64,000 nt of DNA, from NCBI GenBank assembly GCA_002347025.1, contig DEAE01000001.1, forward strand, positions 70,623 through 134,622, read 5' to 3'. Under the pieces are notes generated by a model. That model was not told the DNA's origin. It saw only the letters and a program-made list of their open reading frames with translations, and did not search any database. Source of the stretch: Acidobacteria bacterium UBA2990 (GTDB lineage: Bacteria > Acidobacteriota > Vicinamibacteria > Vicinamibacterales > UBA8438). Made by a program: the position numbers and the translations under genes. How positions within the stretch are numbered: the first letter of the stretch is position 1; every line of letters begins with the position of its first letter. Of this stretch, positions 48,517 through 59,669 are shown one piece after another.

Positions 48517-51138
48517 ATGCTACTAACGCACGTGCGCTCGGTTTGTGTATTGCTTCTGTCCTTGGTCTTTAGTGTCGTAGGGTCAGGATCGGTAAATGGT
48601 CAAGATCGCTCATCCAGCGATGACGGTTCAGTGCAGGCGGAGGCCGCGGTCACCGAAGACACTGACGGGCAGGACTCAGGTGGGTTCAAGGTGTATGAGG
48701 AGGTAATCACGGACAACGCAAGTTCTGATGATGGCGTGTTCACCGTACATCGGCTTGACGGTAAAGTGTTCTACGAGATTCCTAAAAGAGAGTTAGGTCG
48801 GGAATTTCTTTGGGTTAGCCAGATTGAGCGTACAACTGTAGGTGTTGGCTATGGTGGCCAGTCCCTGGGAAATCGGATCGTCAAGTGGGACCGTCGAGGC
48901 GATCAAGTAATGCTCAAGAGTATTTCATATGACATTGTGGCTGACCAATCACAACCGATTGCCAGGGCAGTTAAGGCAGCTAACAACGACACGATCGTGA
49001 AGGTATTCGACGTCGAGGCGTTATCTCAAACCGGTGCGCTCGTCATTGACGTGACCGAGCTGTTTGAGACTGAGGTGGCCGAGTTTAGCGCCCGGTCGCG
49101 CTTGCGGGCACGTGGCTTCGCTGGAGACCGGTCGTTTGTTGAGGAAGTTCTGGCGTTTCCCGAGAATATTGAGGTTCGGGCCACTCACACCTACACGCTG
49201 CCGTTCGAGTCTGGGTCCCAGAGTCGGCGGTCTCGGACCCGGGGTCGGGGTATGCGTCCTGGCAGTGCAACCGTGCTCTTGCACCACAGCATGGTGAAGC
49301 TACCCGAAGAGCCGATGCAGCCACGCCTGTTCGATGAACGGGTGGGCTATTTTTCGGTTCGCCAACTCGACTATGGCCGCGATGAGCATCGGTCGCCTCG
49401 GCGTCGTTACATAACTAGGTGGCGGTTGGAGAAGCAGAACCCTAGAGCTGTTGTGTCGGACCCGGTGAAGCCCATCACTTACTGGATCGATCCGGCTACC
49501 CCGAACCAATGGGTCCCGTACATTAAGAAGGGTGTGGAAGCCTGGCAGCAGGCATTTGAGGCGGCTGGGTTTAGTAATGCCGTGATTGCTAAGGAGGCAC
49601 CGTCGTCAGAGGATGACCCCCATTGGAGTCCAGAGGACGCGCGTTATTCTGTCATTCGCTGGCTCCCATCAACTGTTGAGAATGCTTCTGGTCCGCATGT
49701 TCACGATCCCAGGACTGGCGAGATTCTTGAGACAGACATTCAATTCCACCACAACGTGATGAATCTGGTGCGGGATTGGTATTTTGTGCAAGTGGGGCCA
49801 CTTGACCCCCGAGCTCGGCGGCTACCGTTGCCAGATGAGCTGATGGGTGACTTACTTGCGTATGTTACGGCCCATGAGGTTGGGCATACGCTGGGCTTCC
49901 AGCACAACATGAAGGCGAGTTCACTCTACCCGCCTGGGAAGCTTCGGGACCCGGACTGGGTTAGTACGATGGGACATACACCGACTTTGATGGATTATGC
50001 CCGCTTCAACTATGTGGCGCAGCCAGAGGATGGTATTGCGGTCGAAGATTTGATCCCGAAGATTGGGCCCTATGACGAATGGGCGACTCGTTGGGGCTAT
50101 GCGCCGATTGCTGGCGCCGTCGGTCCGGACGACGAATTAGAGACTCTGGATATGTGGGCCCGAGAGCAGGATGCTACGCCGTGGTATCGCTTTTCGACGA
50201 CCGGGTCACAGACGACCGATCCTGGTCAGTTGAGCGAGGCCGTTGGTGATGCCGACGCTGTGAAATCCACAGAACTTGGTCTAAGAAATCTCCAGCGTGT
50301 TGCAGGGATGTTGCTTGACGCGACCAATGTATCCGGTGAGCCTTACGATGACCTGGCCGAACTCTACAGTCGATTAGTGGGGCAATGGGTGACCGAGATG
50401 AACCACGTTGCGGCTATTGTTGGGGGTGTTAGTTCGCAACAAAAACATTGGGGGCAGGAAGGTGTGCGGTTCACGCCGATACCCCGGGCTATTCAGACTG
50501 AGGCCGTCAGGTTTTTAAATGACCATGCGTTTGTGACACCAATGTTCTTGATTGATTCTGAAGTGCTCGACCGAATTGAACCGGTGGGTGTACTTGAGCG
50601 GATTCGCACAAGCCAGAGTCGGGTGCTGAGTACGCTGTTGCGGGAGGATCGCCTGTTGCGTCTTATCGAACAAGAGGCCATAAGTGACAACCGAGCGTAT
50701 TCAGCTACTGAATTCCTCGCCGACCTGCGCTTCGGTTTGTGGCGGGAACTTGAGGGTTCAGATATCAAGATCAATGCTTACCGGCGTAATGTTCAGCGCA
50801 GCTACCTTGCACTCATCAATGATCGCCTCAATGGACGGTCACCTGCTGTTAGTGATGTCCGACCATTTCTTCGAGGAGAACTGCGGGATTTGGAACGGAC
50901 GATCAACGGCGTGGTTGAAGAGGTGTTGGATCGTGCAACCCGTCTACATCTCGAAGATGTTCGGGTTCAAATTACCAGGACTCTGGACCCATCGAATCTG
51001 TTGGTGCGCTCTCCAGATGGCTTCGGCCAGTCCTTGGATGCTGTTGATGACAGTCTTGGCTGGCAGGATGGGGATAGCTTGATGCCGGGTTCTTGGTGTT
51101 GGCCAGACCATGTGACTAGGCTCAGTCGCTCGGAGTGA
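48517..51138 (+). CDS. Exported zinc-dependent metalloprotease (EcxA/DUF5117-DUF4953-like)
   Basis: [12 protein letters not shown] metzincin motif, LMDY Met-turn, [15 protein letters not shown]. Confidence 0.9.
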   Translation: MLLTHVRSVCVLLLSLVFSVVGSGSVNGQDRSSSDDGSVQAEAAVTEDTDGQDSGGFKVYEEVITDNASSDDGVFTVHRLDGKVFYEIPKRELGREFLWVSQIERTTVGVGYGGQSLGNRIVKWDRRGDQVMLKSISYDIVADQSQPIARAVKAANNDTIVKVFDVEALSQTGALVIDVTELFETEVAEFSARSRLRARGFAGDRSFVEEVLAFPENIEVRATHTYTLPFESGSQSRRSRTRGRGMRPGSATVLLHHSMVKLPEEPMQPRLFDERVGYFSVRQLDYGRDEHRSPRRRYITRWRLEKQNPRAVVSDPVKPITYWIDPATPNQWVPYIKKGVEAWQQAFEAAGFSNAVIAKEAPSSEDDPHWSPEDARYSVIRWLPSTVENASGPHVHDPRTGEILETDIQFHHNVMNLVRDWYFVQVGPLDPRARRLPLPDELMGDLLAYVTAHEVGHTLGFQHNMKASSLYPPGKLRDPDWVSTMGHTPTLMDYARFNYVAQPEDGIAVEDLIPKIGPYDEWATRWGYAPIAGAVGPDDELETLDMWAREQDATPWYRFSTTGSQTTDPGQLSEAVGDADAVKSTELGLRNLQRVAGMLLDATNVSGEPYDDLAELYSRLVGQWVTEMNHVAAIVGGVSSQQKHWGQEGVRFTPIPRAIQTEAVRFLNDHAFVTPMFLIDSEVLDRIEPVGVLERIRTSQSRVLSTLLREDRLLRLIEQEAISDNRAYSATEFLADLRFGLWRELEGSDIKINAYRRNVQRSYLALINDRLNGRSPAVSDVRPFLRGELRDLERTINGVVEEVLDRATRLHLEDVRVQITRTLDPSNLLVRSPDGFGQSLDAVDDSLGWQDGDSLMPGSWCWPDHVTRLSRSE

Positions 51139-51253
51139 CCTCATTTCTGTCTCGGTGTGACTGATGGCAGGGGGTCGCTTCCAATGAGGTTCTGGTTAGG
51201 TCTAGGAAGGCTAGTTCTACCACTTTGAACGGACTGTTGGTAGGGAGGTTTAT

Positions 51254-51988
51254 ATGGACTGGTTCTTTGTTCCAGAGCTCTGGATAGCCCTAGTAACATT
51301 AACCGTGCTTGAGATTGTTCTAGGCGTCGATAACGTTATCTTTATTTCAATTTTAGCTGCCAAATTGCCCTATGCGCAGCAGCGGCCAGCGAGGCGCCTT
51401 GGACTGATCCTTGCAATGGTGACCCGTATCGGCTTGCTATTGTCAATCAACTGGATCGTCAGGTTGACTGAGCCGATTTTTGCAGTATGGGAGCATGATT
51501 TCTCAGGTCGAGATTTGACGTTGCTCGGTGGGGGCTTGTTTCTACTTGGGAAAGCGACCTACGAGATCCACGAAAGCCTCGAAGGAGCTGACGGCCATAG
51601 TTCAACGAAGGTGGCTGCCACGTTCACTGGTGTCGTCTTGCAGATTTTGATTCTCGATATTGTCTTCTCTCTCGACTCAGTGATTACAGCTATAGGTATG
51701 GCCGACCGTGTCGGAGTGATGGTTGCAGCGATAGTTATCGCGGTCGCCGTTATGTTGCTTTCAGCAGAGAAGATCAGTAGTTTCGTTAACCAGCGTCCGA
51801 CGGTTAAAGTCTTGGCATTGAGCTTCTTGTTGTTGGTTGGATTCTCACTGGTGGCCGAAGGTTTTCACCAAGAGATCCCGAAGGGTTATTTGTATTTTGC
51901 AATGGCGTTCTCGGTGTTTGTTGAGCTGATTAATCAGCGAATTCGGCACCAGGCCCCAGTGCATTTGAAAAAAGCATACACGCCTTAG
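51254..51988 (+). CDS. TerC family membrane protein
   Basis: LEIVLGVDN, DIVFSLDSVITA, PKGYLYFAMAFS. Confidence 0.95.
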   Translation: MDWFFVPELWIALVTLTVLEIVLGVDNVIFISILAAKLPYAQQRPARRLGLILAMVTRIGLLLSINWIVRLTEPIFAVWEHDFSGRDLTLLGGGLFLLGKATYEIHESLEGADGHSSTKVAATFTGVVLQILILDIVFSLDSVITAIGMADRVGVMVAAIVIAVAVMLLSAEKISSFVNQRPTVKVLALSFLLLVGFSLVAEGFHQEIPKGYLYFAMAFSVFVELINQRIRHQAPVHLKKAYTP

Positions 51989-52108
51989 CTTCGCTAAGAT
52001 TCCACCGAGGTCGGTTCTACTTGGAAGCGGTCTGACTCTGGATTCTCAAGAAAGAAATTGCAGCGATTTTTCAGATCGGGGAAAAGCTGAATGGGTAGGT
52101 GTGCACAT

Positions 52109-53407
52109 TTAGAGTGTATTGTTGTGGTTTGAGGCGGGTTCATTTGCTGGCCGAAAAGGCTGGTCGTCCGAGCTGGACGGTAGACGACGAAATAGTCGAA
52201 CTATTACCAACAAGGATAAACCAAATAGAAACGCCCCAAGAAAGAACGGGGCTCCAGGAAGATGAATTGGGGCGGATTCAGATGTGAAGAAACTGAACAG
52301 TCCGCCGGTGAAGATAAGCGGTGAGAAGATAGCAGTCAAACTGGTGAGGGAGGTAAGGCCACCCTGAATCTTGCCCTGTTCAGATGGGCTAACTGTGCCA
52401 GCAACGAGCCCTTGAATAGCGGGAAGTGATACGCCAGCCATCGCACCAAAGACGATGATAATCGGAATGACCCAACCAGCTGACGCCAATCCGTAGCCAA
52501 CAAAAGCAAACATTGAGACTGTGAGTCCCAGGAGGATGGTACGGCGTTCACCAAACCGCTTGATGGTTGGCTTGATCAGCAATCCTTGAACAATCACAGC
52601 CATAATTCCAACTAGCGCGAGTGTTAAGCCATTGGTTTGGGGTCCCCAGTTGTAGCGATAGCCGGCGTGAATTACCCAGACGGTCTCCAGTCCCCGTTGG
52701 GCCAATGAGCTGAAGACGAATGCCACTGAGAGGCCAGCTACCAGAGGGTGAGCACGTAGCCGCCTGATACTGCCGAGGGGGTTCATCTTCTGCCAAGCCA
52801 CCGAGCTGCGGTGCTCGATAGCCAGTGATTCTGGAAGCACGAAAAACCCATAAAGCCAGTTGATCAGGGATAGGGCGGCCGCCACGAAAAATGGAAGCCG
52901 AAGGTCTATGTTGCCAAGCAATCCGCCTAGTGCTGGACCGAAGATAAATCCGAGCCCAAACGCGACTCCCACAAAGCCATAGTTGCGAGCTCTGGTTTCG
53001 GCTGTAGAAACATCGGCGATGTAGGCGTTGGCTGTGGTGATACTAGCGCCCATGATGCCTGCGATGAATCTTCCAAAGAATAACCAGCTGACCGTAGGAG
53101 CCCATCCCTGAATGAGGTAATCGAGCCCTAGACCGAACAGTGAGGCTAGGATGACCGGACGGCGTCCAAAGCGATCCGATAATGCTCCGAGGATGGGTGC
53201 ACACAAGAACTGCGTGAAGGCGTAAATTGCGATTATGGCGCTGTAGTAACGTCCTGTATCTACGAACTCACCACCAACCAGCTCACGGACTAGTTCTGGC
53301 ACAATCGGGATAATTATTCCTATCCCAAGAATATCGATGAACAACGTTACGAAGATGAAGCGCATCCCCGCCTGACGTGTCTGGGTTCCAAATGCCATGT
53401 TGGTCAA
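52109..53407 (-). CDS. TCR/Tet family MFS efflux transporter
   Basis: DILGIGIIIP, GALSDRFGRRP, AYIAD, GFIFGP.LGG. Confidence 0.9.
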   Translation of the reverse strand: MTNMAFGTQTRQAGMRFIFVTLFIDILGIGIIIPIVPELVRELVGGEFVDTGRYYSAIIAIYAFTQFLCAPILGALSDRFGRRPVILASLFGLGLDYLIQGWAPTVSWLFFGRFIAGIMGASITTANAYIADVSTAETRARNYGFVGVAFGLGFIFGPALGGLLGNIDLRLPFFVAAALSLINWLYGFFVLPESLAIEHRSSVAWQKMNPLGSIRRLRAHPLVAGLSVAFVFSSLAQRGLETVWVIHAGYRYNWGPQTNGLTLALVGIMAVIVQGLLIKPTIKRFGERRTILLGLTVSMFAFVGYGLASAGWVIPIIIVFGAMAGVSLPAIQGLVAGTVSPSEQGKIQGGLTSLTSLTAIFSPLIFTGGLFSFFTSESAPIHLPGAPFFLGAFLFGLSLLVIVRLFRRLPSSSDDQPFRPANEPASNHNNTL

Positions 53408-53546
53408 GTAATTGGCTTACGAGCAGAGTTGCTCTAGTGGGCACGCTGGTTTTGCGAACCCGCTCATCAAAATAGAGTGTAGAAGAGTCCTTGCTCCAGC
53501 AAACCCACAGTATGTCACGAACTGAGTCCGTTCCCTTTACGTCTCT

Positions 53547-55031
53547 TCATTTGCTAAGGTCATCGGTAAGGCTAGTCTCTGGCTTTACCTTTACGATCGA
53601 GATATTGGTGAAGCCGTAAATTACTGCAACAAGTGGGTTGATTAGATTGAAGAAGCAGAATGGGGCATAGGTCAAAGTTGCGACACCCAATGTGCCGGAC
53701 ATATAGGCCCCGCACGTGTTCCACGGTATTAGTACCGACGTAATTGTTCCAGAGTCTTCGAGCGCGCGCGAGAGGTTGCGAGGGGCAAGTCCTTGTCGAG
53801 CGTATTCGGCGCGAAACATTCGACCGGGAAGCACTATCGAGATGTATTGGTCAGAGGTTAGTATGTTGGTGCCGAATGAGGTGAGTAGAGTGGCGGAGAT
53901 GAGGCCGCGGGTGGTCCGCACGTAGCTAAGGATTTGTCGAGCTACCACTTTGAGTTGTCCGGTAGCTTCCATTACGGCTCCAAACATCATTGCTGCCATG
54001 ATCAACCAGACGGTCATGAGCATACTGGCCATACCGCCTCGGCTCAGGAGTTCGTCGAGTAACGGGTTTCCTGAGTTGAGGGTGAATCCATCAAAAAGCG
54101 CAGTCCAGCACCCCTTAAGAAGTGCCAGTGGCAGGGGCAATTCTGGACTGTCTACGAACCTTAGAACCGTTTCATGTTGAAAGAGCCCGGCGAAAATAGC
54201 ACCGGTCAAGGCCCCGATGAGTAGGGCCGGAAATGCTGGAACCCTGCGCACGACTAGGGCTAATACAAGCGCCACAGGTAGTAGCAGATGCGGACCTATT
54301 GAGAATTCTCGTTCAAGGGTGGTCAGAACGACTGTTAGATCGTCAGCTGATGTGGGGTTTTCTGCAATCAGTCCGGCGGCTACGAATAGCAACAGTGCCA
54401 ATGTAATGCTTGGACCTGTGGTCCAGACCATGTGTCTTATGTGTGTGAATAGGTCAGTTCCAGCTACTGCTGGCGCCAGGTTTGTGGTGTCTGATAGCGC
54501 TGACATCTTGTCGCCAAAGTAAGCTCCAGAGATGATGGATCCTGCGGCCAATCCCATGTTCAACCCCTGTGCTGTTGCAATTCCGACAAGTGCTATACCG
54601 ATTGTGCCCGCGGTGGTCCACGAACTACCGGTTGCAATCGAAACGAAGGCGCAGATAAGGCAGGCGGAGGCATAGAAAATTGACGGGTTGAGGATGGAGA
54701 GCCCATAGTAGATCATGGCAGGGACGATTCCAGCCAGGGTCCACGTGCCAATGAGTGCGCCGACAGTTAGTAAAATGAGTAGGGCGCCTATTGACACCGA
54801 GATGCCGCTACTAATCCCCTTCTCGATCTCTTGCCAGGAATGACCGTTCCGTAGTCCCACGAGTGAAGCAGCCCCTGCTGCTAAGATAAGGGCGATTTGA
54901 TTCGGCCCGCCGGACGACTCATTGCCGTACAGGTACACAGAACTTGCCAGCAGCACGGTCAGTAGTCCAGTCAAACCGATCGCCTGTGAGATGGTGGCTT
55001 GACGGGGGGTGGACGCGTTGGTCTCGGACAT
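53547..55031 (-). CDS. nhaC: NhaC family Na+/H+ antiporter or amino-acid transporter
   Basis: TGSSWTTAGTIG, SGAYFGDKMS.LSDTTN, EDSGT..S.LIPWN. Confidence 0.9.
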   Translation of the reverse strand: MSETNASTPRQATISQAIGLTGLLTVLLASSVYLYGNESSGGPNQIALILAAGAASLVGLRNGHSWQEIEKGISSGISVSIGALLILLTVGALIGTWTLAGIVPAMIYYGLSILNPSIFYASACLICAFVSIATGSSWTTAGTIGIALVGIATAQGLNMGLAAGSIISGAYFGDKMSALSDTTNLAPAVAGTDLFTHIRHMVWTTGPSITLALLLFVAAGLIAENPTSADDLTVVLTTLEREFSIGPHLLLPVALVLALVVRRVPAFPALLIGALTGAIFAGLFQHETVLRFVDSPELPLPLALLKGCWTALFDGFTLNSGNPLLDELLSRGGMASMLMTVWLIMAAMMFGAVMEATGQLKVVARQILSYVRTTRGLISATLLTSFGTNILTSDQYISIVLPGRMFRAEYARQGLAPRNLSRALEDSGTITSVLIPWNTCGAYMSGTLGVATLTYAPFCFFNLINPLVAVIYGFTNISIVKVKPETSLTDDLSK

Positions 55032-55294
55032 AGTCGAAGGAATTGGCGGGCCAGCATCCGGGTGGAATGGTGGCCGAGATTAGGATGCTACCCTGACCTC
55101 ACAAGGCTAAGCATAGGTTTGTGTGCCGGCCAGCGTACCGGTGCTTGGGTGAAAGTCACCCTGTGGGAAATCGCCGCAAACTTAGGATAGTGTCCTAGTC
55201 AAATTTGGGTCACCTCGGCGAAATCAGCCTGATGAAAATGAGGTGATAAAGACGGTTCTCAATTCGAGCTTATGAAACTGGCACCTTAACCAAT

Positions 55295-56935
55295 CTACTC
55301 TTTATCCCGAATCGTCGGATACTCAATGCCAAGCTGTTCAAGGTAAGTCTCAAACTGTGCTGGATCGTAATAGTACTGTTCCAACTTTGGCTTAAACTCC
55401 GCCATTATGCTCTCGTTTAGCCATACGGCCGGTTCGTCCTGTGGACGAAGGAAGGACGAATAAGTTGTGTCCTTCTGCTGGACGTTTGTGAAGTAATCGC
55501 GGGCGTCGTCGACTAACGACGGGGTTAACAGGATGTCTAGTAGGGTGCGAGCAAATACTTTGGCTCCAGCTGTAGCGCCTTTGTGAGCTATTGGGGTAGC
55601 CATGGCGATAGCTTTGTTCCAGTTGTGACCTTGGCCCCCCGAAATGTTCGACGGGAAGCGGAGCGACACCGTGGGAACGACCCATGAGATATCGCCGATG
55701 TCGTCTGAGCCTCCTCCTCGTCGTTCGCTATCTGGAATGTTCTCGCGTCCCCGTAGTTCTTGGCTTATTTCTGTGGAAAGCCCACGTTCTTCGCTACCGA
55801 GCATTTGCTGAACAGCTTTAGCCATTTCCTGGTCGGCATCGCTCCACCTTGGCATCCCAACATGGAGCATATTTGTATGCACTGCCTCGGCTAGGGGTTT
55901 GTTCATGTGCTGGGGCCAAGCGGCCCCGAGGACCCGTGAGTCGACCGTAGTGCCTGTCATCAGCGCTGCGCCTTCTGACATCTGGGTGCCAATCTCCCAC
56001 ATGCGCATGATGCTCGGGTAGTCGGTTTCCCGGAAAAAATACCAGACCGCGGCTGTTGGTGGTACAACGTTTGGTTGGTCGCCGCCGTCGGTGATGACGT
56101 AGTGTGATCGTTGCTGAATCCGTAGATGCTCCCGGCGGAAGTTCCATCCAATATTCATCAATTCGACTGCGTCGAGGGCACTACGACCGTCCCACGGTGA
56201 CCCGGCACCATGTGCACTTTCACCCTCGAAGAGATATTCGACAGATACCATGCCGTTGCCGGCACTTTCTCCCCAGCTGACCGACATGTCACTGCTGACG
56301 TGCGAATAAAGCACAACGTCTACATTTTCAAATAGTCCAGCTTTTACAAAGTGAGCCTTTGCCCCTAGTTGTTCCTCGGCGATGCCAGGCCACAGGATGA
56401 GGGTGCCAGGTAAGTTTTCACGTTGCATGATCTTTTGTACCGCGAGTGCAGCGGTGATATTGAGAGCCTGCCCGGCATTGTGCCCCTCGCCGTGTCCCGG
56501 GGCTCCCGGGATGAGTGGTTCCCGGTAAGCGACGCCGGGTTTTTGCGAAGCTTGTGGAATGCCGTCAACATCGGTTCCGATAGCGATCACCGGAGAGCCA
56601 GAACCCCAACTGGCCCACCAGGCACTTGGAATGCCAGCCACGCCGTTTTTCACAGTGAAGCCATGATCTTCTAGGATGCCACCGATGTAGCGCTGAGTTT
56701 CGAATTCTTGAAAACCGAGTTCGTTGAAGCTGTAGATCATGTCGACGATTTGTTGAGTGAAGTCTCGACGACTCTCGACGTCTACTGCTACTTCTTCCTT
56801 TAGATTCTCGAGTTCTGTATTTTCCGGAAATGTTGAAGCGACGCTTGCTAAAGGTTCTGGTTGTGGTGATGCGAAGGTGACAAGAATGATTGCGGCAACG
56901 AAGGCTATAACCCAGTTGAGTGGTAGAACACGCAT
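55295..56935 (-). CDS. M20 amidohydrolase (AbgB-like), exported
   Basis: ELGFQE, GHGEGHN, AEE, GRSALDAVELM, GGSDDIGDISW, GHNW. Confidence 0.88.
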   Translation of the reverse strand: MRVLPLNWVIAFVAAIILVTFASPQPEPLASVASTFPENTELENLKEEVAVDVESRRDFTQQIVDMIYSFNELGFQEFETQRYIGGILEDHGFTVKNGVAGIPSAWWASWGSGSPVIAIGTDVDGIPQASQKPGVAYREPLIPGAPGHGEGHNAGQALNITAALAVQKIMQRENLPGTLILWPGIAEEQLGAKAHFVKAGLFENVDVVLYSHVSSDMSVSWGESAGNGMVSVEYLFEGESAHGAGSPWDGRSALDAVELMNIGWNFRREHLRIQQRSHYVITDGGDQPNVVPPTAAVWYFFRETDYPSIMRMWEIGTQMSEGAALMTGTTVDSRVLGAAWPQHMNKPLAEAVHTNMLHVGMPRWSDADQEMAKAVQQMLGSEERGLSTEISQELRGRENIPDSERRGGGSDDIGDISWVVPTVSLRFPSNISGGQGHNWNKAIAMATPIAHKGATAGAKVFARTLLDILLTPSLVDDARDYFTNVQQKDTTYSSFLRPQDEPAVWLNESIMAEFKPKLEQYYYDPAQFETYLEQLGIEYPTIRDKE

Positions 56936-57142
56936 GATGACTCCTCAGCAGCAAGCGCAGTTTCGATTAGGATATCTGTGTCGTTACTGGTGTGATCCTA
57001 CGACAGTAAGCATTAGGATGCTACGCTAGGGACTCGCTCTCGGTGGTTGAAAGCCAACCTGTCTAGCGGTCTCCAGCTAATTTCAAGCTTTGGCTCAAGC
57101 CTCTGAAATTCATCGGTTCTGAGCCGTTCTGAGGGGTACCCG

Positions 57143-58402
57143 TTGCGTTACGCAATCACGACATTCGGTTGCCGCGTCAACCAAGCTGACTCGCTACAAC
57201 TCGATATGCAGTTGCGGGCCCGTGGTGCCATTCCTGTTCCGCTCCATGAGGCTGATGTGGTTATCGTCAATAGCTGCTCGGTAACCGCTACTGCAGACCA
57301 AGGTGCCCGGCAGGCCGTGCGCCGGGTGGGGCGTTTAAACCCGGGCGCACGGATTGTGGCCACTGGATGTTACGCCACTAGGGCTGAGGAAGAAATCAGG
57401 GCATTGCCTGGTGCCCCTGAGGTGATCGCGAACAAAGAAAAACATGCAATTGTGGACCATATACTCCCAAGGATAGAGACGACTGCCGAACGTTTCGGTG
57501 GGGGGGCTGGCCCCTGCGGTTCGCTGGCCACACCTGCTGCAATTGGTCGAGTGGCCTTTATGCTTCGTGTTCAAACTGGATGTGACGAACAGTGCGCTTA
57601 CTGCATCATTCCGTCGACCAGGGGACGAGGGCGTAGTCTTGAGCCGTCTCGAGTAGTGGGGGCTGTTAGTCATGCTGTAGATTGCGGATTCCGAGAGATT
57701 GTGCTGACTGGTGTGCATCTGGGCTCTTATGGTGAGGACTTGAGTTCCCCGACAACGCTGGTGGCTTTGCTCCGGTCTCTGGAAAGGCACCCTTCAGATG
57801 TCACTTTCCGAATTAGTTCTCTTGAGCCAATGGATTGCCCGCTTGAGCTAGTAGAGTTGGTGGTTAAGAGTGGCCGCTTTGCTCCTCACTTTCACCTTCC
57901 CCTGCAGCACGCTAGTAGCACCATACTGAAACGTATGCGGCGTCCCTATGCTCTGGAGGATTACCGGCGTGTTGTGAATAGTATCCGAGAACAGTTACCG
58001 CATGCCTCAATTGGCTCCGATCTAATTGCTGGGTTTCCTGGTGAGCGAGATGAAGATGCTCAACTTAACATCGACTATGTTTCGGCAAGTCCGTTAACTT
58101 ACCTTCATGTGTTTCCTTATTCTCCCAGAACCGGTACGGAGGCCTCGCGGTTAACCGGTCGAGTGGCTGGACCTCTGGTTCGTGATCGAGCTCGGGCACT
58201 GAGAGCTGTGGGAGTTTCGTTGTCACGGCGATTCCACCAGACTCAGGTTGGGACCGTGCGACCAGGGTTAACTCTCGAGGGTTCCAACGTTGTCGTTACG
58301 GACAACTACTTGAAGGTGGCGATTCCGGCGGTGAGGGATGGTAATCAGCGGGTCAACGTCCGCATCACCGAAGCTGAGCCGCTGGTAGGGGTAATTCAGT
58401 AG
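57143..58402 (+). CDS. mtaB: tRNA methylthiotransferase MtaB-like
   Basis: FGCRVNQ, NSCSVT, TGCYA, CDEQCAYC, HVFPYSPR.GT. Confidence 0.88.
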   Translation: MRYAITTFGCRVNQADSLQLDMQLRARGAIPVPLHEADVVIVNSCSVTATADQGARQAVRRVGRLNPGARIVATGCYATRAEEEIRALPGAPEVIANKEKHAIVDHILPRIETTAERFGGGAGPCGSLATPAAIGRVAFMLRVQTGCDEQCAYCIIPSTRGRGRSLEPSRVVGAVSHAVDCGFREIVLTGVHLGSYGEDLSSPTTLVALLRSLERHPSDVTFRISSLEPMDCPLELVELVVKSGRFAPHFHLPLQHASSTILKRMRRPYALEDYRRVVNSIREQLPHASIGSDLIAGFPGERDEDAQLNIDYVSASPLTYLHVFPYSPRTGTEASRLTGRVAGPLVRDRARALRAVGVSLSRRFHQTQVGTVRPGLTLEGSNVVVTDNYLKVAIPAVRDGNQRVNVRITEAEPLVGVIQ

Positions 58403-58447
58403 ACATTGGCTGGTAGCAAATTCGCAGAGGTCTCATTATCGGTCTGG

Positions 58448-59509
58448 CTAGTTGTTGAGTGGTTGAGTCGAGCAGTCATCTTTAATGATAAGTTGTCCGC
58501 AAGCGGCTCGAATGTCCCGGCCACGGCTCTTGCGGACCGAAACGACCAAACCACTAGATGCTACTAATTGGGCGAATCGATTGACCTGTTGGTTTGAGGG
58601 GCGAGAAAACGGGATGCCTGATGCCTCGTTCAGTGGAATGAGGTTAACCTTGGCGCGCAGGTCTTGTAGGAGTGTCGCAAGGCGGTTTGCGTCAGCTGTT
58701 GTGTCGTTGACGCCGGCGAGAAGAACATATTCGAAGGTGATTCTTTCACGATGTTTGATGGGAAATTCTCGGCAGGCGTCGATGAGGTCTGCTAGCCGTT
58801 GGTTCCGGCTGGTTGGTATCAGGGCATGTCGAACTTTGTCGGTTGTGGCGTGAAGTGAGACAGCAAGGTTGGGGACCCACCGTTCGCTGGCTAGGCGTTT
58901 GAGTCCTGGTAGGATACCGACGGTTGAAAGCGTCACTCGTCTAGGGGTGATTGCAAGCCCTTCTGGGGCTGCGATCATGCGAAGTGATTTCATCGTGGCA
59001 TCGTAGTTATGCAATGGCTCGCCCATGCCCATCAGGACCAGGTTGAACCGTCGATTTTGCAAACCGAGTTCCCGCACCAGTACACGTACCTGTCCGGCAA
59101 TTTCACCAGCGGTAAGGTGCCTCGTCAGTCCCATTTGTCCGGTCAGGCAAAAGCGGCAACGCATTGCGCATCCGGCTTGAGTCGAGATACAGAAGGTCAT
59201 TGCCGGCGTGTCTGGGATGAATACAGACTCAATAGTTTTACCGTCAGCTAGGGTGAAAAGAAACTTCTCTGTTCCGTCATTTGAGATCCGACGGGCTGAA
59301 ATTTGCGGTGTGGAAAATTTAAATGTTTGGTTCAATTGGACACGGAGGCTTTGAGACAAATCGGTCATGCCTTCAAAGTGTTCTAGCCCACGATTATGAA
59401 CCCATCGGTAGAGTTGCCTGGCGTGAAACGGCTGGACCCCAAGCGCGGCAAGCTCGGTTTCAAGCTCGTTCAGTTCAAATTCCGCGATATCCTGTTTGGC
59501 CTCGCGCAC
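58448..59509 (-). CDS. rlmN: Dual-specificity RNA methyltransferase RlmN
   Basis: CISTQAGCAMRCRFC, MGMGEP, SLHA, AACGQL. Confidence 0.96.
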   Translation of the reverse strand: MREAKQDIAEFELNELETELAALGVQPFHARQLYRWVHNRGLEHFEGMTDLSQSLRVQLNQTFKFSTPQISARRISNDGTEKFLFTLADGKTIESVFIPDTPAMTFCISTQAGCAMRCRFCLTGQMGLTRHLTAGEIAGQVRVLVRELGLQNRRFNLVLMGMGEPLHNYDATMKSLRMIAAPEGLAITPRRVTLSTVGILPGLKRLASERWVPNLAVSLHATTDKVRHALIPTSRNQRLADLIDACREFPIKHRERITFEYVLLAGVNDTTADANRLATLLQDLRAKVNLIPLNEASGIPFSRPSNQQVNRFAQLVASSGLVVSVRKSRGRDIRAACGQLIIKDDCSTQPLNN

Positions 59510-59669
59510 GCGTCAACAGTAACATGTTGTTTGCTTGAGAGCTTTGGTTGATGGGAATGGCAGACGCATGATAGGATCTGGACTTTTAATGGTTTAATTC
59601 CCTTTTGTACAACAACTTGCAAAGATCTATTTGTTCTGTCAGGCGGACGGCAGCAGCCTGCGTTACGGC

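Noticed and set aside
55032-55294. Lysine or SAM riboswitch upstream of nhaC
   Set aside because: NhaC-family genes often have one, but I could not find the conserved cores on the minus strand. An Rfam/Infernal scan would settle it.
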